Counted from the stretch's first letter, positions 1 to 14,014 are shown. The stretch: 64,000 nucleotides of DNA from the human T2T-CHM13v2.0 reference genome, Homo sapiens (GCF_009914755.1 NC_060936.1); one strand, 5' to 3'. Program-made: numbers and translations. Notes: a model not told the origin generated them from the sequence alone.

Positions 1-2234
1 GTGAAAGTTTCTGAGGCAAAGGCAGCTCACATGATAGAAAGAAGATGGTATTTGGACTAAAGATCTAGGTTTAAGTCTCAGCACTGATACCTACCAGATG
101 CATGACCAAGGAAAGTGGCACCATATCTCTGGCCTCAGTTGCTCCATGTGTAAAAGGAGCACAATGATTTATACTTCATAAGGTTGTTGTGATGATTACA
201 TGAGAGAATGTTTCTAGAAACTATGACACCAGTGTAATGTGTTTTCATTAGTGACTGACCTGAAGCTAGAACCCAAGTCTTTGACTCGCAGACTGAGGTT
301 TCTATCTCTGTTCCATTTTCAATTCTCGCTACCATCAGCATCTGAGAAAGACTCATAGTGCCATTGTGAGCTCAAAACCACAATCAACATCGAACCATAG
401 CATGATAAAACAGTTTCTGTGATTCCAGAGCCCCCTTCATCTTTTGTGAAGTTCACGCCTTTTATAACTGGGTGGTCAGTGTGTAGATTTGCCCCAACAG
501 GTTGTATTATCATCATGTCCTATCTGGACAAATAAATAGATCTGTACTTATTGTACATGGAGTGGAAAGAGCTGGGATATCAGAACACTTAGGTTCAAAT
601 CCCAAGTCTGCCCCTTACCTTACCCTCTCTGAACTGATGTTTCTTCAACCATAAAAGGGAGAGAACTATACCTCCCACCAGGGCTGTGCTGAAAGTTAAA
701 CAGGATTACATTCGTCAATCTCTGAGAAGAAGATGGCACCTAGAAATCCTTCAATACATGTGAATGCACACACAAATACACCACAGCCATGCATATAGGC
801 ACAGAGGCACCCAACACACATATGCATCCAGGCACACCCTCCCCTCAAACATATATTCTGGCAATACTGAGAACCAAACAAGCTGGTGTATGCATGTTTT
901 ACCACCCTCTGAGAAAGTCTAAATAGAATACCTTAAGCGAACTCTTTCCTTGTGTTTGAGAAGATAAAATCTAAAAATGAAATGAGAATATCAGAATAAT
1001 ATAAGCTGCTTCCAAATTTGTGTTTAGAATGTCAGATAACCTAACATTGTGATGTTAGGGGTACATGTATCACCCACAAACCTTCCCACACCTCAAATTG
1101 ACTGTCTTCAGCCAAAAAAAGGCCTAAGTAAAAAAGCTAGCTAAGTTATATTGATAAAATATGAAGTCATCAGTCCTCAGGTAATTTAGTTCATCTGGGA
1201 TAAAAATTTATTTCATTTATGCCTTCTCAATATGGCAAGTAGCTTATGCAGAATCTTCAAAATCAGACTGCATTTGTCACAGAAGACCACCTGATTGAGA
1301 AGGGTGGGTTGAAACAAGAACTCTACCACTCCCCCTGGGGTGACCTTAGGCAAGACTAAACTTTTCTAAACCACAGTTCCCTCACCTGTCAAGTAGGTCT
1401 AGAGACCAGGAATCTCTGCCTGTGGAGAGCTAATGAGTTCATGTATATAATATGCTTTTAAACGCTAAGCTCCATTTTGATTCTTACTGAGAACAAATAA
1501 CTTTATGCTTTGCCTTTTTACTTTTACTTATTAATAGATGTAGGAAGTAAGGGACAGTAGAAGAGATGAGCATTTCTCTCTCATTTAACTAAACTCAGCT
1601 GAAAAATAGCCAGGACACGGCTGAGTGGGCCTATTGTAATAAGCACAGTTTACATTCCAGTTGTGCAAAAGTACAAACAACAGTGAAGTGTAGGGACTCT
1701 TGGAATGCTAGTGACATTGATGATATTCAGTGTTTATATAAGATCTGTACAGGTTGGGATATCCTCAGTGTAAACAGTCTTCCCAAGAGTCCTTTCCAAG
1801 GCAACATGGTACAGTGGCAAGAGACATTCTCAGATGGATCTAGTTTTAAATCCCAGCTCAGCCACTGCCAGATGTGTTTCCAGCAGTTTGACCCTTAGAC
1901 CTGGGCAACAGGAGCCCCTCCCCTGGGCACTGCATGTTAGAAGCTCCCATTCTGGCCCTCTGCTGGCTACTCCAGGGCAAGGAATCTGAACGTCCAAAGG
2001 GGCATGCTCCCCAAGAGCCTGGGCCCCCCACTAGACCACACTCGGGGTACTCAGAAGCCTGCAATTTCCTGCCCAAACAGCTCCAAACCAGCTTCCAGGG
2101 CCTGAGACCATTCCCAGGGTATGGAGGGTATGGCCAAAAGTGGCTGTTCATAGCAGGTGCAGATAAGCCAGCATTATCTCCACCATACTTGTGAATATAC
2201 CCTTGCCTCAGGTTCTGCTGAACTACTTATTATT

Positions 2235-2601
2235 TGTCTTGGTCTGTTTGGGTTGCTATAATAAAGTACCATAAACTGAGTGGCTTATAAACAACAGGAA
2301 TTTATTTCTCACAGTTCTGGAGGCTGGGAAGTCCAAAATCAAGGTACCAGTAGTTTCAGGATCTGGTGAAGCCTGATTCATAGGTGGTGACTTCTTACTG
2401 TGTCCTCCCAAGGTGGATAGGGGTAGGGAGCTCTCTGGGACCTCTTTTCTAAGGGCACTCATTCCATTCATGAGGCCTTTACTTTCTTGATTTAATTATT
2501 ATACCTCCCAAAGGCCATGCTTCCTAATAATACCATCACACTGTGGGTTAGGATTTCAACATATGAATTTTGAGGTGAACACAAACATCCAGTCCATCGC
2601 A
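2235..2601 (-). mobile_element. MaLR solo LTR (MLT1A-like)
   Basis: Typical MLT1 text: ttgctataataaagtaccataaactgagtggcttataaacaac...ttaggatttcaacatatgaatttt; subfamily and boundaries approximate. Confidence 0.8.
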
Positions 2602-2864
2602 CTGTTCTTCAAACATGCCATGGTGCTCCCCACTCCTGGCCCTTGCACGTGCTCTTCCTTCCACTTAGGATGCCATCTCCGTGCTCCACCCACCTCCTGT
2701 GAGTCAGCCTAACACCCTGCTCCTTCAATGGCCAGCCTAAGTATCTCCACCTCTAGGATGCCTCCCTGTCCTCCCAGTGCTCTCAGATGCCCCTCCCTCT
2801 GGGCTCCCAGAGCACCCTGGAATGTGTCTATGAGAGAATTTAGGGTCCAGAACTGTGATAAGGA

Positions 2865-3058
2865 TGTAGCATAGTGGCAGTGAGCATAGGCGCTGCCAGT
2901 TACAGGCTGTGTGATCTTGAGTGAGATACTTAACTTCTCTGTGCTTCAGTTTCCTTATCTAAAATGGGGCTAATAACAGGACCTACCTTATAGGGTTGTT
3001 GCATTAGAAAAGATACCACACTGAAGCCCTTATAAGACTATGTAGCATAAGAGCTATT
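2865..3058 (+). mobile_element. MIR SINE (its 3' end is the SVA target site)
   Basis: MIR core tgtgtgatcttgagtgagatacttaacttctctgtgcttcagtttccttatctaaaatgggg; boundaries approximate. Confidence 0.75.
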
Positions 3059-3076
3059 AATAAATGCTGGCTATTA

Positions 3077-3846
3077 GCCGCCCCGACCGGGAGGGAGGTG
3101 GGGGGGTCAGCCCCCCACCCGGCCAGCCGCCCCGTCCGGGAGGTGAGGGGCGCCTCTGCCCGGCCGCCCCTACTGGGAAGTGAGGAGCCCCTCTGCCCGG
3201 CCAGCCGCCCCGTCTGGGAGGGAGGTGGGGGGGTCAGCCCCCCGCCCGGCCAGCCGCCAGGTCCGGGAGGTGAGGGGCACCTCTGCCTGGCCGCCCCTAC
3301 TGGGAAGTGAGGAGCCCCTCTGCCCAGCCACCACCCCGTCTGGGAGGTGTACCCAACAGCTCATTGAGAACGGGCCATGATGACAATGGCGGTTTTGTGG
3401 AATAGAAAGGGGGGAAAGGCGGGGAAAGGATTGAGAAATCGGATGGTTGCCATGTCTGTGTAGAAAGAGGTAGACACGGGAGACTTTTCATTTTGTTCTG
3501 TACTAAGAAAAATTCTTCTGCCTTGTGATCCTGTTGATCGGTGACCCTACCCCCAACCCTGTGCTCTCTGAAACATGTGCTGTGTCCACTCAGGGTTAAA
3601 TGGATTAAGGGTGGTGCAAGATGTGCTTTGTTAAACAGATGCTTGAAGGCAGCATGCTAGTTAAGAGTCATCACCACTCCCTAATCTCAAGTACCCAGGG
3701 ACACAAACACTGCGGAAGGCCGCAGGGTCCTCTGCATAGGAAAACCAGAGACCTTTGTTCACTTGTTTATCTGCTGACCCTCCCTCCACTATTGTCCTAT
3801 GACCCTGCCAAATCCCCCTCTGTGAGAAACACCCAAGAATGATCAA

Positions 3847-3877
<31 letters not shown>

Positions 3878-3885
3878 AAAAATAA
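3077..3885 (+). mobile_element. 5'-truncated SVA retrotransposon (partial VNTR + SINE-R + A-rich tail)
   Basis: GC-rich VNTR units, SINE-R ending acccaagaatgatcaataaa, (AAAT)n tail; 18-bp TSD aataaatgctggctatta at 3059-3076 and 3886-3903. Confidence 0.97.
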
Positions 3886-3999
3886 AATAAATGCTGGCTA
3901 TTATTATAACTTATCTCAATCCCCAACTAGAATATAAGGTCCATGTCTTACTCATCTTTGCTGCAGCAATGCCTGTCACCAATTAACACAGTGAAATGA

Positions 4000-4291
4000 T
4001 AGGTACAAAAAATATAAACAGATAGAATGAATAAGACCTAGCATTTGATAACACAACAGGGTGACTACAGTCAACAACAATTTATCGTACATTTTTAAAT
4101 AACTGAAAGAGTATAATTGGGTTGTTTGTAGCACAAAGGATAAATGCTTGAAATGAGAGCTATCCCATTTGCCTTGATATGATTATTATGCATTGCATGT
4201 CTGTAACAAAATAGCTCGTGTATCCCATAAATGTATACACCTACTATGTACCCACAAATGTTAAACATAAAAATAAAATAAGAAATAAAAA
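4000..4291 (+). mobile_element. Old L1 (L1MA-like) 3' end fragment
   Basis: L1MA 3'UTR text with A-rich tail; 12-bp TSD acagtgaaatga at 3988-3999 and 4292-4303. Confidence 0.85.
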
Positions 4292-5049
4292 ACAGTGAAA
4301 TGAGTGAGAATTTGGAGGAACAAATGAAACAATGAAGAAATGAAATGAACCAGTGAAGAAATAAAGGAAGCAACTGTACTAAGACTTTGAGACACCCTAT
4401 ATACTAACTAAATCTCAACCAGCATTAAGTGTAATTAATTTTAACCCATAACTGTAAAATGCAAATGGCTTCTGGGTGTTTTTAAAGCCTTAAGACAGCA
4501 AGAGACATTTACTCCTAATAAAAAGAAAACAATTTCCTAAAGAGGTGATGTTGTGAATGTTCCATGGCTCAACTGAGAACAGTTAAGTCAGAAACTGGTC
4601 TCATAACGTCTCAGACTTTGGACTGAGATTTGAAATAAAAATTTAAAATAGTGATGTCTCATGCATTCCATTAGCACTGAGGCCATAAAAATATGATTCT
4701 CCTGCAATCCTTAGGAAAGAAAGGCCAAGTCACTTGACACAAAACAGACCATTGGCCACCTAACAACTCAAGAAACTTTTACAGAGAAACATACTCAGTG
4801 GTTTGTAAAGGTTACATGTCTTGCTGTTAACAGTTGTCTTCAAATGAAGGAATGTAACTTATAGTAGGATTAATTTTTAAGAATGACTGTTGTCTTATGT
4901 CACTTCCCAGAGTTACCAGTCTCCTCCTTTCCATCATTAAATTAGCGTAGCACAGTGCTTGCAGAGGAGGTTGACATTTAAGTAGGAAACTATTATTTGA
5001 TTGTATTAAATTGTTTCATGATTAGATCTACTTTACTAATTCCTTATAA

Positions 5050-5232
5050 AAAGGTTTCTCAGCCTCAGCTCTACTGACATTTTTGGCCAGACAGTTCTTT
5101 GTTGTGAGGGGCTGGGCTGTGTAAGTAGATCCCCATCTCGGTTGTAGCAACCAAGGATGTCTCTAGACATTGCCAAATGGCTTCTGGGCGGGGCTGGGGA
5201 GGGGGGGCAAAATTGCCTCTGGTTGAGAGCCA
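5050..5232. mobile_element. MER20-like hAT DNA transposon
   Basis: ggtttctcagcctcagctctactgacattttt...gtctctagacattgccaaat...ggttgagagcca. Confidence 0.75.
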
Positions 5233-5309
5233 ATTCTTCATAAAAACCCCAAAGGCTTCATCAGTAAATGATCCCCCAAGTGTTTGTCCAGCTAGAAAAC
5301 TCATAGGCA

Positions 5310-5505
<196 letters not shown>

Positions 5506-6879
5506 TCATATGCAACCTTCTAGAATTAAATATTACTTTCTCCTAGAAGCTGTCCCCTATTTCTCCAGGTAAAATCAGTTACTTCCTTCTCCATGCCCTA
5601 TAGCATCCTATTCAATCTTCTATCATGGCACTTACAATGAAACTTCATTTATCTCTCTACGGGCTGTCCTGGTATATCCCAGCACCTCTAGGTCACTGTT
5701 GTCATTATAGTCACCTTCCTCATCATGTCAGCCTTGTCCTTGTCGTTATCATCTGCCAAGCATTGAGCTTTTTCTATATGTCTGTCACAGTGCTATTTTT
5801 CTTTCCTTATCTCTCTATCAACTATCCTAAAGGTATTATTAAACCCATTTTATAGAAGAGGAAACTGGGACTCAAGGAGGTCAAGTGGCCTTACCATGTT
5901 GCTATAATTATTTTGTTTTCAGGTCCATCCTTAGCATGTAAGACTCAAGAAGGGCAAAGTGTCTCTTATTATCATCTTTGTAGCTCTCTTACCTAGAAGG
6001 TTCCTAGAATTAAGAAGGTACTTAAATAATCAGTAAATAATCAGTTAAACAATCAGGCACTGCCCTAAGTGCTAGGATATAATGAGGAATTATTATAGTT
6101 GGGATCCATCTTCTAGGACAGTATACCATCTAGCAGAAGAGACAATGTCTCCAGAGGTAGTTCTGGTGGATAGGGTTGTGATAGAGGTATCGATGGGATG
6201 TGCTGGAAGTGCTCAACACAGCTGGGGAGAGGTCACACCAGAGTGATAAGGTGAGGATGGGAAAGCATTCCTGGTGGGACAAACAGGCTGAGAAAGGCAT
6301 AACAGCCTAAAAAAAGAAGTAGTTTAGCGCTGCTGGAATTTTCAGTGGACAGCAAAAAGAAGACAGAGCAGGATTCTCCTGTGTACACTTTCTCATGTGG
6401 ATAAAAGGAGTCAGTGAGGGTTTTAAGCACACAGGTGCCAGAATTTTAAAGCGCAGTCAGGAGACTGCATGAAAAACAGATTTCAGGGTAGAACATATGG
6501 GCAAAAAGACCAGGTTGAGGCTGTGCAACAATCCAGGCAGAGGGTGGTAGGATTCTGAAGGTCTGCAGCAAACTTGTTGAACATGTAATCTATTTGCCAT
6601 GGAAATATATTTAGAAACACACGTGGATTAACCATAAAAAAAAAAGAGTGCATAGTCTTTCTTTAGAATGCTTTCCTCAATGTGAGTCACAGCTGTGGTG
6701 TGGTGTGAGCACTGCAAAACTGTGATGTAGTCACAGCACGTCTTTTGTTCCCTGCATCTCTCCTCTCTGGAATGTTCTTCCCTTACTTCGCTTTGGTTCC
6801 TGGCTCATCTCCAAGATGCTTGTGAAAGTCATCTTCCTCATCACCTTGTCAATTTCAGCCAGCTGTCAACTCCTCTATA

Positions 6880-7093
6880 CTGCATAGTTGTGGCCTGCTA
6901 TAGCCAGAGCTTATGGACTCACAAGAGCTGAGTTTTAAAGTTTCAGAAATTTCACAAGAGGGTTAGCATCATCTTATTAGTTTGAAATTGGTCAAGATTG
7001 GCATATTAACCATGGAAATTGGCAAATGCTACAAAGTAGGGCTTCCCCCTCCCCCAGAGAGTTGGTTGTTAAACATTTATCAGCATACCACTG
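6880..7093. mobile_element. MER63-like DNA transposon
   Basis: ttgaaattgg...ccatggaaattggcaaatgctacaaa...ttgttaaacatttatcagcataccactg; a related copy is at 48172-48378. Confidence 0.55.
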
Positions 7094-7996
7094 ATAGTAC
7101 ATTTTTAACTCTACTTCTGTCTTATGAAACTATTGTACAAAATCTCTGTGATTTTCATTGTTTACATATTTATTTCATAGTTTGTATATTTATTTTCATT
7201 GTTTATATACTTCATTGTTTGCTATTTATTTAATTCAATTACTACTTATTGTACAACTATTGAGCACCTATTATGGACCTACCCTGTGCTGGATTCTGGA
7301 GTTCACAACAGTGAACAAATACACACATAGCCCTTACCCTCACTCTTTTCTCAAATGTTATAGGGAAGCAGATATTAATCAAATAATCACACAAGTCAGG
7401 GTGAAATTGCACTATGATCGCTGCTATGGAGAAGAGGTATGTGGTTTCATGAGAGTATATATAATGGAGACACAGTGAGGGAGTGGAGAAAGAGACAGGC
7501 AATCAAGGAAGCCTTTCTGAAAGAAGTGGCAATTGAGCAGAGCTCTCAGCTAGGAAGGAGCAGGGGTGGGGGAAGCATTCTAAGTAGATCAATAATGCTG
7601 AATCTTTGCTGTCCTGCAGGCTGAATTCAGTAGCTTATTCTGATTCAGTCATGCAGTGGAGCCCTAGGGTCCACATTTATTATATTAAATATGTTATATT
7701 AAATATATTAAGCACTCCAAGTGATTCTGATGTGCATGGTTTCTTGATCACACTTTGAGAAATACTGAGACAAAGAGCATACAAAGATATCTAGTGTTGA
7801 CAGATACATTTAATTTATTAGGCATCCATTTCTTGAGGAGCTACTAGATGTCAGATACCACACTAGGAATGCTCTCTTGTCCCTATTCAACCCTGGGCAT
7901 CCTTTGCTCCATCTGTTCAATGAGGGGATTGGACTGTATGATCAAAATACTCAATGGCTCTAAAACCCTGAGGATGTCTTTTCCCCCTCTCTGTAG

Positions 7997-8130
7997 ATGC
8001 ATTTGCCAGAAAGGTTACGTGGGTGATGGCTTAACGTGTTATGGAAACATTATGGAGCGACTCAGAGAATTAAATACTGAACCCAGAGGAAAATGGCAAG
8101 GAAGGCTGACCTCTTTCATCTCACTCCTAG
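7997..8130 (+). CDS. STAB2: STAB2 exon A (134 nt): [44 protein letters not shown]; EGF end / FAS1-1 start
   Basis: ctgtag| acceptor, G|gtacgc donor; starts phase 2, ends phase 1. Confidence 0.95.
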
Positions 8131-9802
8131 GTACGCAGCTATGGGTACAGATTTCCACACAAAAGTCCTCTTTCAGGAAAGGGCATCTGCAAGATACAAT
8201 GATTCAGAAAGGGACAGGCGAGCCTTGTCTATTAGAATCAGCCTTTTTGGAGGGGTCATGCAGGCGAGAGGGAAAGGGCAGGCAGCTGTTTCAAAGAAGA
8301 CAAGCAAAGAGATAGTGCCAAGAGATCTAGCAATGCAAGAATTAGCAGGCAGAGAGCTGAGGACAGGGTTTGGGGGTCGCCATAGACCAACAGAGCTGCA
8401 GTAACAGTAAGAACAGGACAGCTACTGATGTGAGGATACAAACTGTCCCCCTCGTCCTTGACCTTCTAGATCCTTCAGGTATGAACAAAGCTTGGCAGGT
8501 AAAACTGGGAATAGAGAGGGTGACTGAGACCCCAGGGCAGCATCCTTGTTCCTCAGTGGAGGGGCTGTTTGAATTTTGGAATAGTCTTGGTTGTATGCAA
8601 CCATCTTAGCACCCTTGGTCCCCCAGTCACTAATTGCCTACAGTGACACATTCACCTCCAGCCCCCCAGGCAAGGTGAGAGCCTAAAACACCCTCATGTA
8701 TTTGCAAATGACTTCTAAGGGCCATTACTCCACACTCTCTAGAGAATGAAATATTATAACTGATCACAGCATTGGACACAACTTCCAATAAAACACAAAT
8801 CCAGCCGTTCTGAAAAAAGTAAAACACAGACTTGGCCAATCAACAGAAACTTTAAAAATATCAGCTTTTATGTTGGAATTTACCAGTTGCCAAAAATGAT
8901 CTCCCAGCAAGAACATAGATAAACCAGTGTAATTGATGGGTCAATGCTGTGTTCTCTGCATAAATCTTAAGGTTAAATATCCCATTTAATGTCTCCTGCA
9001 TAAACATCCCATTTTTCCCAAGGCATCCCATAGGGCATCAAGTATTAGTGGCATCCCTTGGGCTCAGGGGCAATCTACCAGTTTCCTCACAGCCTTACTC
9101 TAAGAACTCTTAGAATACCAAATGGGACCAGACAGGGGGGAGGTAGTGTTTTTTGCAGACCAGGCCCTCCAACATTTCCCTAGACAGAGTCCTGTTGACC
9201 TTTCACCTTCCCCATGACAAAGTCCTTATACACTGCCTCTGGGTGTGAGAACACAGAGCCTGTCCTGTCGTCCCAGCTTCCCCAGGTGATGGAAGCAGGA
9301 TTACCTACATACTTTGCTGGGCCCACTGGAAAGTGAAAATGTAGGATTCTTTGTTCAAAATTTATTAAGCATTTCAACATGGCAACTGCAGAGCATTAAA
9401 CCAATCATCGGGGCTCTTCTGAGCTGGCCCTGGATAAAAACAAGGGCTGCCTCTTTGCTCACCGAGACAGTGACAACTCAAAGTTAAGCGCAGGATCAGG
9501 GACCCTGGGGTTGTGGTAGGATTTTGTCATGCCTGAACTGCTCAGCCAGGGTATCTTTGAAGCTGAGGCTGTCTGCAGGAAAACTCTCACGGCATTATGT
9601 GGAATGTATTGAGGCCATGGCTTTAGGGTGCCTTACATTCTTAGAGAGATTCCCAGTTGACACAGGGCCTACACATGCCCATTAGAATAGAGAAGGGCAT
9701 AAATGGACCGGTCGTGACCCAAGACCTGTTGCCTGATTTTACTCCTCCTGTACCACTGACTCATTTGGCGTTTTCTTTCTTTGTGTTATTTCGACTCCTA
9801 AG

Positions 9803-9885
9803 ACAAAGCTTATGCCTGGCCACTGAGTAAGCTGGGACCCTTCACGGTGCTGTTACCTACAGACAAGGGACTGAAAGGATTCAAT
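9803..9885 (+). CDS. STAB2: STAB2 exon B (83 nt): (D)[27 protein letters not shown]; FAS1-1 H1 motif
   Basis: cctaag| acceptor, AAT|gtgagt donor; phase fits exon A. Confidence 0.93.
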
Positions 9886-10535
9886 GTGAGTATTTAAAAT
9901 GACCCTACACCAAGGGGCTAATATGAAAAGCCTTAGTAGGGAGTACCTTCTTTTATTTAAAGTGGGAAATCCCCATTAAAATTAAACCTACTGATGATAA
10001 GGATGGTGATTTTTTGATAAACTTCTTTTAGTGATATATAACATCCTTACAGAAAGTATACAAATTGTAAGTGTACAACTCAGTGAATTTTCCCAACGTG
10101 AACCTACTTGTGTAAACACCAAGTCCATTGCCAGCAACCTAGAAGGCCCCCTGGTCCCCCTTTCCAATCATTACCCTCTACAGGTAACCACTGAGTGTTC
10201 TTAACATATATCCAGGTGATAAAGAAGATTTGCTTAAAGCAAAACTGCTCACTTCCCACAGGAAGAATTAAATTAATGTATTAGCTAGATATGTGGGTTT
10301 TTTAAATCATTATAAATGGTACAAGCGATAAGGAAAAAATAAGAAGAAAATTTTAGTCTTCAGTGTGAGCAGCTGTTGTTTGAGATAATGTCATCCAGTG
10401 GGAATGAAACTTGTAGTGCCTGGTGGAGGCGTCCTATCGAGATGGCATCACTAATATAGTTATATTTGGTCTAATGTAAATAATGGACTTATCGATTTGT
10501 ATACAACTTATTATCTTCACTGGCCTCCATTTTAA

Positions 10536-10919
<384 letters not shown>

Positions 10920-11863
10920 CAGATCTTGATTTTTATTGTGTGTTCTTGTCATCTGTCTTAAATGCTCTGTGAAACAGATCAGCCAGAAATAAATAAACAT
11001 TTAAGTAAATGGATTAACAAATACACATAAAATGATGGAAGCCAATAAAAGATTGAAATCTGGGAAGTGGGAAAAAATAAAAATGAAAAAATAAAATTGA
11101 GTTATCTTAATCCAAGATATTTTGTGGTAATAATTTTTGTTGCAATGAATCAAAACCCAGTAAGTTGCCGGCTCTCTAACCCTCATATACCACCACGATT
11201 AACCTGTCTGATATTCATCTCTCTATTGTTCACCTTCAGAGATGTCCTCATACCACTCCTGTTGGAAAGAACCAGCAAACATTGTATGCCTCTAGGCTAG
11301 GCACTTTGCACGTGGTCTCTCATTTAACACATAGTTTACACAGAGTTAATATAAGCATCTGTTCAGTGTTGACTACGTAGTAATGACAAAAGTAGATTTG
11401 ATCCCATGGATTTCAAAAATCTTAACTTTTCTATTCAAAAGTACAATCAGCTTACTTGCTTTACCTACTCTTTCCATGAAACTTCAAATTTTATTCCCAT
11501 CTGCTTTCCATGTTCAAGATAGATTCCTTGTTCCTTGTTCCTCCTGGGGCCATTGCGATGCTGTGCTTTCCCCATGTCAGTTTCAATGCTAAAGCAACCT
11601 CCCCTGGTTTGAGAGTAGATTGTGCATTGCCTCCAACTCTCCAGGTTTCTACTCCCTGGAAGGCCTGGCCCAGGTTGATTGCACTGATGGTAATGTATAG
11701 CAAGTATAATTGTCAGTGCTTTCATGCATTTGTATTTGCAAAAGCCCAAACCCAAGTTAGGGTGCCCTGGCTTTGATGTCTTTGATAATAAGTAAGGCAC
11801 AGCATGTGTTACAAAACTCATTTTCTTCTTCAAATAATAGTAAAATTGGCTCTTCTCTCTTAG

Positions 11864-12013
11864 GTAAATGAGCTTTTGGTGGATAATAAAGCTGCTCAAT
11901 ACTTTGTGAAACTCCACATAATTGCTGGTCAGATGAACATCGAATATATGAATAACACAGACATGTTCTACACCTTGACTGGAAAGTCGGGGGAAATCTT
12001 CAACAGCGATAAG
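11864..12013 (+). CDS. STAB2: STAB2 exon C (150 nt): [50 protein letters not shown]
   Basis: ctcttag| acceptor, AAG|gtaagg donor; phase 0-0. Confidence 0.95.
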
Positions 12014-12828
12014 GTAAGGGTTCCTCTGATTTTCACTCCCAGAACTAAATTATCCACCAAGCCAATGCCCATATCCTTCTCTCTCTTTTTGTTTGGGGTT
12101 TGTGAAAAATTACAAGGAAATTCTTTCCTCATGTATTATTTGTCAAACACCTTATATAGGAAGAAACAGACAGCAACACCAGGGAAGGCCATGGAGGAAG
12201 GGTGGAGTGTTATGCAAATGGGGTTACAAAGTGTTTGACTTTGGTCTGGTCTGATTTAGTTTTCAAGGCAACTGTCATTCAACTGCCAGCAGGAAGGAGA
12301 AACTTTGCTATAAACCTGTTTCCTGAAAGCATCAGCACAAAGCCAGATCAGCATTCCTCTTATAGAAGGAAATAGATTGTATTTGTTTTAGATTGCTGGA
12401 GTTGATCCATCTTCTCCAACCTAACATTCCTCTCTCCCAATGCCATTAGTTCTGTTTGTTTTTTATATAAACCCATCCTCCCCCACCCCACCCCCACTTC
12501 TTAACTCTTTCTGTGATTTTATTGAGCTGGGGAGCAGGTGATTAGTCAACAAAATGTGCATGTATATAGGCATAGGACCTATACTATTACATTTTACTGA
12601 ACATCGATAGTTAATAGATCCTTGAGTGCTTGTTCTAAGCAAAGTATGGGGATAAATCTTTATCTTTGTTACATAAGGCTCACAATAACCCTGTAAAGGA
12701 GGGACTTCATAATCCCTGTTGCTCCAGTAAGAAAGAAGAGAGGCCACACAGTAAGTGCCAGAGCCAGGATTCAAATGTGGCTCCAAAGTCCACATTCTTA
12801 ACCAATCTGCTGCAGTGCATGTGTGAAG

Positions 12829-13366
12829 ATGGATGATGCATGGATGGATGGATGGATGGATGGATACATGGATAGGTCACTGGATGGATGGATGGATACA
12901 TGGATAGGTCACTGGATGGATGGATGGATGGATGGATGGATGGATGGATGGATGGATACATGGATAGGTCACTGGATGGATGGATGGATGGATAGATACA
13001 TGGATAGGTCACTGGATGGATGGATAGATGGATGGATGGATGGATGGATGGATGGATGGATGGATGAATGGATGGATGGATGGACGGATGGATGGATGGA
13101 TACATGGATAGGTCACTGAACAGATGGATGGGTAGATACATGGATAGGTCACCGGATGGGTGGATGGATGGATGGATGGATGGATGGATGGATGGAGAGA
13201 TGCATGGAGGATGCATGGATAGGTGGATGGATGGATGGACGGATGGAGAGATGCATGGAGGATGCATGGATAGGTGGATGGATGGATGGATGGATGGATG
13301 GGTGAATGGATGGATGGTTGGAGAGATGGATGGAGGATGCATGCATGGATGGATGAATGACAGATA
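12829..13366. repeat. Compound (GGAT)n tandem repeat with higher-order units
   Basis: About 540 nt of GGAT interrupted by recurring gatacatggataggtcac and ggagagatgcatggaggatgcat blocks. Confidence 0.97.
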
Positions 13367-13870
13367 GGAAGATGTGGCTTGCTTTCTCACAAGGATATGC
13401 ATGTATTTACCTGTTCATTCATTCAACCAATATTTACTAAGTCTGTCACTTATTAGGAGTTATATGGGAGGAAGAAGGAATTAGCTTCAGTTATTTATTC
13501 CACAAATAATTTTATTGTGTGCTTTCTCTGTGCAAGACACTAAAGTGAGTGATGAATTTATAGTAAATTAAATAGTTTTGTCCTTATGAAGCTTGCAGTC
13601 TGCTGGAGAAGAGCTTGATAATACCTTGCCCAGGTTTAGCATATATAGTTGTCAGTGCTTTCACACATCATATCATTTGATCTTAATGAAAACCCTGTGA
13701 GGTTAACAAAGCAGACACTTTCATCCCCACTTTAGATTAAGTGACTTATCCAAAATCACATTGCCAATAAATATCAAAGCCCAAGGACTCAAGACTTCTG
13801 ACTCTACTCCAGTGCTTGCTCCTTCCAGGACACCATAGTAATCTTATTTTATCTTTCTTTGGTGTTTTAG

Positions 13871-14014
13871 GACAATCAAATAAAGCTTAAACTCCATGGA
13901 GGCAAAAAGAAGGTAAAAATTATACAAGGGGACATCATTGCTTCCAATGGGCTTCTGCACATCCTTGACAGAGCCATGGACAAGTTAGAACCCACATTTG
14001 AGAGCAACAATGAG
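13871..14014 (+). CDS. STAB2: STAB2 exon D (144 nt): [48 protein letters not shown]; FAS1-1 H2 motif
   Basis: ttttag| acceptor, GAG|gtgagt donor; phase 0-0. Confidence 0.95.

Noticed and set aside
3098-3846. Cluster of GC-rich ORFs and a CpG-rich patch resembling a promoter
   Set aside because: Fully explained by the SVA VNTR and SINE-R
12707-13402. 231-aa 'HPSI'-repeat ORF and its overlapping 'MDGW' ORFs
   Set aside because: They arise from the stop-poor (GGAT)n repeat; there is no splice or promoter support
13910-13918. In-frame cryptic donor AAG|GTAAAA inside exon D
   Set aside because: It lacks the +5 G and competes with a strong GAG|gtgagt donor
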